A stretch of DNA of 63,431 nt, the filler included, from Octopus bimaculoides (lineage: Eukaryota): NCBI RefSeq assembly GCF_001194135.2. It is 5 parts of 4 records of this genome, joined end to end, with 100 filler letters (N's around TTAATTAATTAA, not from the genome) between each part and the next. Parts side by side here need not be neighbours in the genome. Positions count along the whole stretch, not along the records: positions 1 to 7,169 come from NC_068987.1; positions 7,270 to 24,280 come from NC_068983.1; 3 more parts are not named here. One strand, written 5' to 3'. The translations under genes were made by a program, and so were the position numbers. Positions 1-11,066 of this stretch are shown here, in pieces; position 1 is the first letter of the stretch, and each line of letters opens with the position of its first letter. The notes beneath the pieces are model-generated. The model saw only the letters and a list, made by a program, of their open reading frames with translations, was not told the DNA's origin and made no database searches.

Positions 1-896
1 GTGTGTGTCCCCAAAAAATGTATACACACTTTAAATAATTGTAAAGTAGGTATTTATTAAAATACATTTCATTTTCAAATTTTAATAGAATCTACAGACA
101 TTATTTTATTGTTTTGTCAACGCTTGTCTTCAAACTGATGTCCGGTCTGGTCCAGGCACTGCTGGCAACTCGAAGCAATGGAATCACAAACATCACGAAA
201 CAATTCGTTTGGTATTTGTGTGCATTGACCACTCACAGTAGCGTCAAAAAACAATGGCCCAATCAATCCTCTTGCTGATAAGCCACGCCACACTGTAACA
301 CCTGGTAAATTAACATGGTGTTCCACCATAACATGCAGATTCTCAGGTCCCCAGTAGGTGCAAACGTGGCGGTTAATTGAACCATTTAATTTGAATGTGG
401 CCTCATTACTCCACACAATCTTTGTTGAAAAGTGTGCATCTTCTACACATCGTGCGGTTTGGATCATCGTCATTAATAGTACAGACTAATCTTGGACCAT
501 AACTTTTCCATTGACAACGCTTCAAAATGCGTTGGACAGACGATTTTGAAATACCTACATCACGACTCGCTTCCCGCAAAGATTTTCTTGGACTTTGGTG
601 ATACGTTTCCAGCAATCCTTCTTGCTTTGTGGGGGTTGTCGATGTTCGTGGTCTTGCGGACATTCTCGAGTGATGGCAAGTCGCGTTGGTGGATCTGTTT
701 AAAACTCTCTCCCAAATTGTCTTTGCACTTCAACTGCGTTTTCACACTTCCAGTAGCATTTTAGAATGAATTTCCTTTGTACAAAACTTAGTCTGATTGC
801 CATCATAAATTCCAATGGGTTTAATCTAGAAGAGAAAAACATCAATTGAGTTATCAGCTGCTAAAGTGTGTATGCGTTTTGGGGGGGGATACCCTG
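1..896 (-). mobile_element. Internally deleted Tc1/mariner-superfamily DNA transposon (non-autonomous)
   Basis: Imperfect TIRs: 1-32 gtgtgtgtccccaaaaaatgtatacacacttt vs reverse complement of 863-896 (cagggtatcc..aaaacgcatacacacttt), with TA at 897-898. Minus-strand peptides [25 protein letters not shown] (HTH) and [36 protein letters not shown] (first catalytic D region, D->N) jump straight to the C-terminal [17 protein letters not shown]. Confidence 0.85.
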
Positions 897-1394
897 TATA
901 TANNNNNNNNNNNNNNNNNNNNNNNNNNNNNNNNNNNNNNNNNNNNNNNNNNNNNNNNNNNNNNNNNNNNNNNNNNNNNNNNNNNNNNNNNNNNNNNNNN
1001 NNNNNNNNNNNNNNNNNNNNNNNNNNNNNNNNNNNNNNNNNNNNNNNNNNNNNNNNNNNNNNNNNNNNNNNNNNNNNNNNNNNNNNNNNNNNNNNNNNNN
1101 NNNNNNNNNNNNNNNNNNNNNNNNNNNNNNNNNNNNNNNNNNNNNNNNNNNNNNNNNNNNNNNNNNNNNNNNNNNNNNNNNNNNNNNNNNNNNNNNNNNN
1201 NNNNNNNNNNNNNNNNNNNNNNNNNNNNNNTTTACAAAAAAGTAAAAAATAATATATAAAAAAAAATAATATATAAAAAAATAAATATACCAATACATTA
1301 TACTGTCTTTGAGCTTTTAAAGTTCAATGGTAATCCATGTAGATAATAGTTGGAAAAATAAGGATGCATGAAATTTGAGAGTTGTGTTAGGTTT

Positions 1395-1775
1395 AAAAAA
1401 AGAGCCCCTACCTACTTGAAGGCTCTGAATTTATCTTCAAACGAGGAACAAAGTTTAAAATCAAAACCAATTTCTCTTGTTCCTCTGGGAACCTCATTTA
1501 TGTTCTCACATACGCAGGTTGCCAACACTTCTATATCGGACAGACGAGCCTTCCGTTGCGTAGAAGAGTAGCAGTCCATAAAGAACAAATAAATCTCCTT
1601 CAATACCGCCAAATTCCACTCAGTGGCCACATAGACTCTTGCGTCAGAAACAAAAACCCTAAATTCCTTATATTCCCTTTCTATCAATGTAAAGACAGAA
1701 TCTCCACACAAGAAAGAATCAACAAGGAGAATCTTTCATAGAGAAATTCCAACCACTTCTTAACACACAAACCCC
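1395..1775 (+). mobile_element. Penelope-like retroelement, GIY-YIG endonuclease remnant
   Basis: Manual translation in the frame of ORF 1556-1741: PYLLEGSEFIFKRGTKFKIKTNFSCSSGNLIYVLTYAGCQHFYIGQTSLPLRRRVAVHKEQI..QIPLSGHIDSC. LIY...YIG motif present; a 1-bp frameshift precedes FIEKFQPLLN. Confidence 0.85.
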
Positions 1776-3299
1776 TCAGTGACCTTATTTCTCTAGGAAC
1801 AGACATAAACTTCCTGTTGACAAAGAGTCCATAACTCCAACTAAAGAGATTTCTCTCCCCTTACACACACTTCCTGTTTTGACACCACACTTCCTGCTTA
1901 ACACATAAACCTTTAGCNNNNNNNNNNNNNNNNNNNNNNNNNNNNNNNNNNNNNNNNNNNNNNNNNNNNNNNNNNNNNNNNNNNNNNNNNNNNNNNNNNN
2001 NNNNNNNNNNNNNNNNNNNNNNNNNNNNNNNNNNNNNNNNNNNNNNNNNNNNNNNNNNNNNNNNNNNNNNNNNNNNNNNNNNNNNNNNNNNNNNNNNNNN
2101 NNNNNNNNNNNNNNNNNNNNNNNNNNNNNNNNNNNNNNNNNNNNNNNNNNNNNNNNNNNNNNNNNNNNNNNNNNNNNNNNNNNNNNNNNNNNNNNNNNNN
2201 NNNNNNNNNNNNNNNNNNNNNNNNNNNNNNNNNATATATATATATATATATATATATACAAACACACATGCATATATGTGTATATGTATATATATATATA
2301 TACATATACACACACACACATGTATATATGGGTACAGGACTTCACCAGCAGTGCAAATAACATGCAATACAACGAAAAAAAATGGAAAACAGGACAAGTT
2401 AGCACAGAGAAAGGACCCTTCATCAGTTGTCGGCTATCTATCTACTCCTCATTTCGAGCATTCAAAGACAATATGAGTCTTCAGAGAGAGTTGCTCCCAT
2501 AAATTCTAAAAATAAAATTTAGGATTTATGGAGGGTCAAAGTTGGGAACAAAAAAAATGACAGTGGAAACATACAAGGAAACTAAACGAAAACATACATG
2601 AAGGATCGTTAGACCAGAACGAGAGGAAAATAGTGAACGCTGGAAGAAACGTCTTCTTTTGTTTGAAAAGAGAAAAGGTAGAAGAGAGAGAGAAAAACAG
2701 GTCCGTTCGTTAAAACGTCCGTGCAGGAAAAGAAAGATAGTCACGTGAAGAAAAGAAAGATAGACGATGGTCATGTGTGAGCAACGAGAGAGAAAGAGAA
2801 AGAGGGGAGAGAGAGACAGATAGAAAACGGTGGAAGTGGAAGGGACAAAAAGGGGAATTAGAGAAGGATGGAAGAAGAAAACAGTATAGAGTAGAGAGTG
2901 GCAACAAAAAGGTGAAGACAAACTTACTTGGAAATGGATGCGTCGCGTTCAATTTAATAATAAATAATATGATATAATAATATATATATAAAGTTAATAC
3001 CCCCCAAAAGACGAAGAACAAACACAACAAAAGAAATGCGAGAACGTGGTACATGCAGAGTATTAGCAGACGCTCAGGGAAGGAAAAAAAGGTAATTTTA
3101 CGTTTTGACAAAGCTCTTTGTCAGAAACAGGAGACGGAGGAAGGTCCAAGAGAAAAGGAAGACGGAGGAAAAAATCGCCATCGATCCACATGTGGTTACA
3201 TTTTGAAATGACCAGAAGGGAATGGGCAAAAAGAAAGTTCTTTATAAGACAAGAGAGAGTGAGAAAAGGAGGTATCTGTGTGCATGTGCGTGCGCGCAA

Positions 3300-3330
<31 letters not shown>

Positions 3331-3949
3331 AGTGCGNNNNNNNNNNNNNNNNNNNNNNNNNNNNNNNNNNNNNNNNNNNNNNNNNNNNNNNNNNNNNNNN
3401 NNNNNNNNNNNNNNNNNNNNNNNNNNNNNNNNNNNNNNNNNNNNNNNNNNNNNNNNNNNNNNNNNNNNNNNNNNNNNNNNNNNNNNNNNNNNNNNNNNNN
3501 NNNNNNNNNNNNNNNNNNNNNNNNNNNNNNNNNNNNNNNNNNNNNNNNNNNNNNNNNNNNNNNNNNNNNNNNNNNNNNNNNNNNNNNNNNNNNNNNNNNN
3601 NNNNNNNNNNNNNNNNNNNNNNNNNNNNNNNNNNNNNNNNNNNNNNNNNNNNNNNNNNNNNNNNNNNNNNNNNNNNNNNNNNNNNNNNNNNNNNNNNNNN
3701 NNNNNNNNNNNNNNNNNNNNNNNNNNNNNNNNNNNNNNNNNNNNNNNNNNNNNNNNNNNNNNNNNNNNNNNNNNNNNNNNNNNNNNNNNNNNNNNNNNNN
3801 NACGCACATACACACATACATACATGTGTGTGTCTGTGAAGAAGGACAGAAAGAAAGAAAGAAAAGATCATAAGAACAAAATCTACTATAATGGTATGTC
3901 TGATCACTGTGTTGTAGAAAAGACTATTAATGATTCTGGAGTTCGCATT

Positions 3950-4004
<55 letters not shown>

Positions 4005-4544
4005 CGCTCGCACACACACACTCATGTGTGTGCATATGTGTTTCTATGACTGAAAAAGGAGAGGGAGAGCAGCAAGATAAGTAGAAAGGAAGTGAGATGC
4101 AACAAAATAAAGTAAAAAAGTTATCAGAATAAATAGCGAGCGCCAAATAAACATGTTGATGTACTTAAGTTGTGTGGTTTAGTGCGATTTGCCTTGTTTT
4201 GTCAAGGGAATAAGAGAAACATACTGAAAGCAATGGAAATGAAAAACAAAATAAGGAAGTGAAAAGGGTTTTGATACAGTAAAATGTTTAAGATTTTAAA
4301 GAATGAGGAGAACTGAAAGGGGAAAGTCTTCTAATACATTTGTGAAAAGCTCTAAGTGATATGATTACAAATACACACGTATGCGAAATGAAACTTTTTG
4401 AAAATTGCTTTCGATAATTATGTGTTACTTTATATATTTTTGTGGTGCTGATGCGAAATATCAAAAAAGCTCTTACTCATCACCCAAGGTTTTCTCACAA
4501 TTCAGTGATAAAATATACCGATATCTATAGGTAAATCCACATAC

Positions 4545-6110
4545 AGTAGAACAAAATGTAACTAACATAAATGAATTTGGTACTTTATTTAGTAAAATAG
4601 AATGGCACAAATGCAACTGAAAGGTGAGAAAATAGATTTTTACAAGAATTCTATCTGTTTTGGATTCAACACCTCAAAATTTCTTTTTCACTTGGAAACT
4701 ACGCCTGGAATTCTTTCACTTCAAAGCATTTAATCCACGATGCATCATCGAGCAGTAATCGGTCATCATATTGACATTCCATCTTCCCCGATATCTTCCT
4801 TCCATTTCCTTTTTTATGCCTTGAAGAAACCTTAGCTTCTGCTCCTCGTTCACATCTCCCAGACTTTCTGGAATGAAATCCAAATGGGCATGTGGGAAAT
4901 GAACTTTAATGCTCATTTTAAATCCCTAAACCTCGAACTTTTCTATCATTCTTCTCGCTATGTCTTTGTAGTTTGGATCCTTGTAACTTCCCAACAAATT
5001 CTTTATCACATCTTTAAAACTAATCCATGCATCCTCTTCAGAAATATTAAAAGGGTTTTCAAAATGTTCGTCTTTGACAAGATTCCTTATATCTAGTCCT
5101 ACATATACACTTTCTTCAATCTTGGCGTCTGACAGAACAGGAAACTAGCTACGAAAATACTTGAAACCTTCTCCATCCTTAGGCAAACTTTTTACGAAAT
5201 GCTTCAAGAGGCCAAGTTTTACATGTNNNNNNNNNNNNNNNNNNNNNNNNNNNNNNNNNNNNNNNNNNNNNNNNNNNNNNNNNNNNNNNNNNNNNNNNNN
5301 NNNNNNGGCACAAGTGCATCCCTACTTGACCATTCTTTTTTAAACCAGTGGAGATTCCTGGCTCATTCACATAAGAAACAAGGAAACTCTGTGTTGACTG
5401 ACTGTTGTCCAAGCAACATGAATATTATTTTCAAGTTGCTGCAAATCATTCAGTTGTGATTCTTGAATTTAATCTTGTGTAAAGGTGACACTAAACTTTC
5501 ATGTTTCCTTCATGATCATTGAGTCTTCATCGTCGTTGCTATTTATGTCTTCTGACTCAGAACTCAAGTGTATGTTTTCAAGGTTTCATGGTGGTGATTG
5601 GCCTGGAGCATCTATCTTGTCCATGGACAACAGGTTGCAATGTTTACAGGAGATTTGGATAAACAATGCTTTTCCCACACTTCAAATTGAGTCCCTGCAC
5701 ATGGGCAAAGTAGCACTCATCACTGATTTTTAGGCTCCCTCCAAATCATTGAAACCCCAAAACGAAAAGACTTCTTAATGCATTTTGTCCATTGTCTTAG
5801 TTCTTCAACACAAATTGAATAGGCCTTACGAGGAACCCACTTCTTACCTTGCCCTCCTAATTTCACACCAAAGTAAGCATAGTAAGATAGTTTGACAAAT
5901 TCAATAATGTTTCTCAGAAGTTTCATGGGAAACAATTGAAATAAATAAATTTTTAAAAAACGCTTTAACCTAAGCGATGTAACCTCATAAAGCGCATGGC
6001 TGAAGCTATAGTGATGCAAGCACCTCTCTTTGTAGCTGAAGCGGTCTGAAGGTTGCCAGTTGGTTATTTTACAAAATGACACCTATTAATTATTCTGTTA
6101 TAGTCTATTT
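4545..6110 (-). mobile_element. Degenerate DNA transposon transposase, Chapaev3/CMC-like, internally deleted
   Basis: Minus-strand blocks YFGVKLGGQGKKWVPRKAYSICVEELRQW..FGVSMIWREPKNQ; FPCFLCE..HWFKKEW; HVKLGLLKHFVKSLPKDGEGFKYF; MSIKVHFPHAHLDFIPESLGDVNEEQ..RYRGRWNVNMMTDYC. Stops and frameshifts throughout. Superfamily name is from recall, not a search. Confidence 0.75.
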
Positions 6111-6761
6111 AAGCATGGCAATTAATAATAATAATAAAAGACAATAGTCACACTCAGGCGTAATAGTAAGATACAATAATCGATTTTGGGAAGAAACAGT
6201 ACGTGACTGGATAATTTCTTTGTAATTTTTGAAGTCAACAGGTACAAATTGATCAGTTTCACCCAATAAAGGTGAAACAATGTTTTGGTTGCAGACGTGT
6301 GTATTTATTAGAAAACAAATTACAAACAGAAGACTCATTAAGGCATTTTTCTTCAATACTAAGCCTCTGTTTTTTCTCATGGTCATATTGATAGATTGCT
6401 CCTTTTGGTCTTTCTTCCTTCATATATATACTACATATGTGGAAAATCGGTTTTTGTTTGAGGCGTTGTTAGCTAACTCCTCCTACATCGTTTTATTGAT
6501 TTTGATGAAACTTGACACTTGAGTAGAACTCATGTCTGGAAACTTCATGACATACTTAGATTGTTGAAAAACTCGATAATACGGCCCCTGGAAGGGATGT
6601 TTATATATCCATTATATAACTGTTTTTTTTTAAACACCCAAGGGAAATAACACTATTTTTTAAAACACTCAAGGGAAATAACCCATTTCATTATTTTCAT
6701 ACATATATACTACATTCATATATTACCTTTAATAAATTAGCCTTCATAAAGTTCACCTTTA

Positions 6762-7018
6762 AAACATACAAGTCAATTGATACTGTACTCCACACCAATG
6801 ATGCTGTTCATCAACCCGTTGAATTCCTCAATAGCCTTGCACATCAGGTCTACCACCGCATAAATTGCATCTAAAGGTTGGAGCCCCAGTTATGCTTCTA
6901 AGAAATCTCGATCCTCATTCCAAAGATTCTTCTGATTCCTTCCGACTCACAAATTGATTTCAAAGGGCTACAATTCCCATTGAGCACCAACGAAGTACAG
7001 GGTCAGACATTGAAAGAA
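6762..7018 (+). mobile_element. Helitron PIF1-like helicase fragment
   Basis: YKSIDTVLHTNDAVHQPVEFLNSL/(fs)SGLPPHKLHLKVGAPVMLLRNLDP then PSDSQIDFKGLQFPL..QGQTLK. These match Helitron helicase motifs EFLNSL..GLPPH.L.LKVG.P.MLLRNL and QFP..SQGQTL. Confidence 0.85.
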
Positions 7019-7213
7019 CCTTCGACAACCTCTCTCACCAACCTCCGACAATCTTTTTCACCAACCTCCGTAAACCTCTCTCGCCAACTTCCAGCAATCT
7101 CTCCTTCCTCTAGCTGACAGTTTCTGTACGTTTTCGTGACAGAAAATGCACCTTTTGTGGAAGTTATAANNNNNNNNNNNNNNNNNNNNNNNNNNNNNNN
7201 NNNNNNNNNNNNN

Positions 7214-7225
7214 TTAATTAATTAA
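7214..7225. other. Assembly linker TTAATTAATTAA in a 100-bp pad
   Basis: 44 N + TTAATTAATTAA + 44 N (7170-7269); stop codons in all six frames. Confidence 0.95.
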
Positions 7226-8111
7226 NNNNNNNNNNNNNNNNNNNNNNNNNNNNNNNNNNNNNNNNNNNNTGGTCATGACGATGATGCTGGTTAGTAGTCG
7301 TAGACTCGTGTTGCTGATGTGGCGACGGCGGTGGGTGGTCATCGTTGGACGAAGCTGTTGATGTGTCGCTGGCTGATTGTTGCTGCTGTCGTGTGGTACA
7401 CGGCACAGATCTCAAAGAGAACTGAACCGAGACAAATAAGCTGGGTATGAGTTGATCTATTTATAGCGAATTATCGGCTCCCGAAGGCTTCAGAAAAATA
7501 CTCTATCACGTGACCTTATTAGGGGCCGTGATTGGTCAGTTTGCGTTCTGGCGGGAACGGTTCGAAGAAGTTGCCGCTTCGAATATTAATCAGTCACGTG
7601 ATGACAAGGAGATGGGTTCTCCGCTACGCCCGCGCTTGTTTATATTTAAATGAGAAGATTGTATGTAATGGCGATAGTAGTTTTGTATCTAATGGCGATA
7701 GGTAGTTTCACTACATACGCTTACATTTATATTCAGTTCATAATGAGGCTTAATAATATTTAAATTTATTTCTGTTCTTATTTACGCTGTGTTTTGCATA
7801 AACAGATACTGTTTAATTATTTTTTTATAGTTTTATTGTGCCGAAGCCTTTCTCAGCAGTTATATTTTAATCGTATAAACACAAACCATGTTATATAAAA
7901 TACGTCCTATTTGTATATCCACCAAATTCAAACTAAGCTATTACGAAAGTTGAGAATTAGTAATTAATCGTTTTTGGCAATCTTTCGGGGAAAGTATGTC
8001 AAAACTGAAAGCTTGTTATTTTAGTTTGGTTTTTTTTTTGTTTTCCAGCTGAATCGTTTATGTTTATGTATTTTTTGTGTGCGTATGTATGTGTTAACAA
8101 ATACATACACA

Positions 8112-8407
8112 GGCGTGGCTGTGTGATAAGAAGCTTGCTTCCCAACCACAGGGTTCCTGGTTCAGTTCCACCTTGGGCAAGAGTCTTCTACTACAGTCTC
8201 GGGCCGACCAAAAAGCCTCGTGAGTGGATTTGGTAGACGGAAACTGAAATAAGCCCGTCGTATATATATATGTATATATTTATGTGTGTGTGTTTATGTC
8301 TGTGTTTGTCCCCACCACCACCACTACCATTGCTTGACAACCGATGTAGGAGTGTTTACGTCTCCGTAACTTAGCGGTTCGGCAAAAGAATCCGATAGAA
8401 TAAGTAC
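8112..8407 (+). mobile_element. tRNA-derived SINE family A (CORE-like ccttgggcaag block)
   Basis: 5' ggcgtggctgtgtg..ggttc..gttcagtt head; shared body gggccgaccaaagccttgtgagtggatttggtagacggaaactgaaagaagcccgtcg; internal microsatellite. At least 6 copies in the window. Confidence 0.85.
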
Positions 8408-8539
8408 AGTAATTTTTCAGATTAAAATGGTTTTAGAAAAAATAGACTTTTATACTACTATATGTGGTGCAGTTTTTGAATTTTTTGTTTTAATTACTGT
8501 TCCGAGAATCACCTGTATAATTTTTCATGTAATATATAC

Positions 8540-8790
8540 TACCGATAAAGAAACAACCTTTTTGCTCCAGCCAATGAATCAAGGTGTGATAGCTAACTTC
8601 AAGGAATATTCTTTTCTACTCTAGGCACAAGGCCCGAAATTTTTGGAGACGGGTGGGGGGTGGGCAGCCGATATTGGATCGACTCCAGTACGCAACTGGT
8701 ACTTAATTTATCGACCCCGAAAGGATGAAAGGCAAAGTCGACTTCGGAACTTCAAGGAATATTATCAGAGAACTTTTACTATTCATCTTT
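8540..8790 (+). mobile_element. pogo/Tigger (DDE_1) transposase fragment interrupted by a SINE
   Basis: TTFLLQPMNQGVIANFKEY|YQRTF resembles the pogo motif LQPMDQGVIA.FK.YY once the 8611-8747 insert and one TSD copy are removed. Confidence 0.7.
8611..8747 (-). mobile_element. 5'-truncated SINE family B with perfect 16-bp TSD
   Basis: AACTTCAAGGAATATT at 8595-8610 and 8748-8763. Body gtcgactttgcctttcatcctttcggggtcgataaattaagtaccag on the minus strand (Meta-domain-like, from recall). Confidence 0.9.
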
Positions 8791-9649
8791 GAATTAGACA
8801 AGACACATTCTATGTAATTCTAAGAAAGTATGAAGTTAATCTGTGGTGTAGCGAGTGATATGCAGAGTATGCTTACCGCACGAAGCAGCCACTTTGGCCA
8901 CCTTGTGCGGTGGCCAATTTATTTACGTGCGTTCGCTTTAATGGAAGATATGTCATGTAGAAAGACGGGAGGAGCGGCCGATTTGGCTACTGCACAAAGC
9001 AGCCAAAACTGATGTTATATGACAAGTCAACTCTCTTTTATTCAAAATCTATTGTTTTAAAAACTGTTTTGAAATGTAAAAAAGTTTTGCAAATATTATA
9101 ACAAACTAGAATATCACATACTAAAACATTTAATTTAAGGTAACATGCGTTGCTTGAATTAGGTAATATATTGAAGTCGGAGCATCACAGAATGATTAAA
9201 ACTAGCACAAAACTTACCACTCGGCATATCTTTCCAAGTATGCGTTGCATTCCAAGGAGAGAACTACACCTTTTAAAGAAATACATTTTCGGTGTAAAAA
9301 TTCATGATCCGTTAAAAAGATATTCTAATAAGGTAAGGTGTATATATATATGAAACATTCCATACTGTAAAGAAAGTACAAAATATTTCATATTGAGAAA
9401 GATGTATATAAAATTTCACATACTGAAAAGTGTTTGAAGTACTCTACAGTGAAGGAAGTATAAAATATTTGGGAATTCCAGGTTTTACTGTCCAAAAGAG
9501 CTATTTTTCAAAATAAATACTTGGCGGTTCAATTCATACGTGATAAAGCGTTTGCAGTATTTTTGTAATGCTTTATACATTTACGAGACGTTTTATTAGT
9601 GAGGCTTTGAGGAGCGATTAGAAGTTAAGGTTTGGTTTTAGGGCTTATG

Positions 9650-9937
9650 GTAGCGCGCTGCTAATCTTTACACGGATAAGGACCCTTTTATTTAAATGAA
9701 TTTTCCTAAGGACCCAGTCATTTGAAATGCTGTCCACTTAACAAGCCGATTCTATTAACTAACGACAAACTCGTTTTCTTAGTAACATTTTTCCGTATAT
9801 GTAACTAAATAATTATATGTAACTTAGCAAATATACATTTTGCATTGAAGGCTTTTAACAATTTAAACACACTTCACGGACTCCCAGTAGTGCATTTGTG
9901 GATCCCAAAATCTGTAGTCCTCATTTGGGAACCGCTG
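9650..9937. mobile_element. Probable hAT-like MITE remnant
   Basis: Right end ttgggaaccgctg (reverse complement CAGCGGTTCCCAA, hAT/Charlie-like TIR); left end degenerate; no clear TSD. Confidence 0.4.
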
Positions 9938-10239
9938 CTCAAGGATGAGTGGTTAAGGTGAGCGCTTTTGCGATAGTAATATGAAAAACGCTCGGATTCC
10001 TGGAAAAAGTGGGATGGTCATGATTGGAAGACTATAGTCGTATCAAAATTTCTTTGCACCTGACCAATATATTTAATACATGCGTAAAATTTCAAATGAA
10101 TTGGACTTTCTAGCATTTGTTTTAGAAAAATTTCTGCACTGGGAGCGAAGTATAAAATATTATATAAAAGAATGTTTAAAATACTTCTTACTATTTATTT
10201 CTCTACAAGTTTAATCAGTAGGATAATTTATTAGTAGTA

Positions 10240-10620
10240 GTACGACCAAACCAGCAATAATTGCATCTTAGGGTTGTTTATACCACGTTTCCTAACCATA
10301 CTATCTGCTATTTCTTTGTCTGATCCTCTTCAACAAAAATGCTTCATAGAATAAACAAAAGAAGTTTCTTTATAATGAGTAATGTCTCAGCTTGCCACAT
10401 CAGAAAACAATCTAAATAGTTAGATTCTGGATTTGTGGTCCTTTGATCGAGTCGACTCAAAGGTTGAGTTTAAGATGATTGTTAAGCAGTAGTAATTTCA
10501 TTTCACAATATTGAAGTCAAATGTGTTGTGCACTGAACCCTTCCCATTCCATTTAGCTAGCAGCTGAGTAGATGCAGACATGAGCAAGGTAAGGATGTTT
10601 TAGTTAGCACTGGGAATGAA
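10240..10620 (-). mobile_element. Highly decayed CR1/L2-like LINE APE endonuclease remnant
   Basis: Minus-strand DFNI..LNNHL..TTNPESNYLDCFL resembles the GDFN..TR....N.LDLFL end of the APE domain; many stops. Confidence 0.35.
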
Positions 10621-10686
10621 TCGATACAAATGATTGCGTCAGTGTACAGTCTCACATACAAATTCCCTCAAAATTGTGAGTGCGTA

Positions 10687-11042
10687 GGCGTGGCTGTATA
10701 GTAAGAAGCTTGCTTTCCAGCCACTTGGTTCCGAATTCAGTCTTATTGCGTGTCACCTTGAATATGTGTCTGCCACTATAACCTCGGGCCGACCAAAGCC
10801 TTGTGAGTGGATTTGATAGACGGAAACTGAAAGAAGCCCGTCGTGTGTGCGTCCCACTGCTGCTTGACAAGGGTGTTGTGTGTTTACGTCCCGTATCTTA
10901 GCGCTTCGACAAAAGTGTCCGATAGAATTAGTGCTAAGCTTTAAAAAAACAAGTCCTGGGGTCGATTTGTTCGACTAAAACCCTTTAAGGTGGTGCCCCG
11001 GCATGGCTGCAGTCAAATAACTGAAACAAGTAAAACGTAAAA
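10687..11042 (+). mobile_element. SINE family A, near full length
   Basis: Same head and body as 8112; 3' end ggtggtgccccggcatggctgcagtcaaataactgaaacaagtaaaa. Confidence 0.85.
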
Positions 11043-11066
11043 GTCTATAAAAATAAATTTAATAAT

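Noticed and set aside
2420-2426. CTGATGA on the minus strand as a second hammerhead core
   Set aside because: No stem II or GAAA follows at suitable spacing.
7480-7585. Heat-shock elements in the GAA/TTC-rich stretch
   Set aside because: Spacing is 3 or 1 nt rather than the canonical nGAAnnTTCn.
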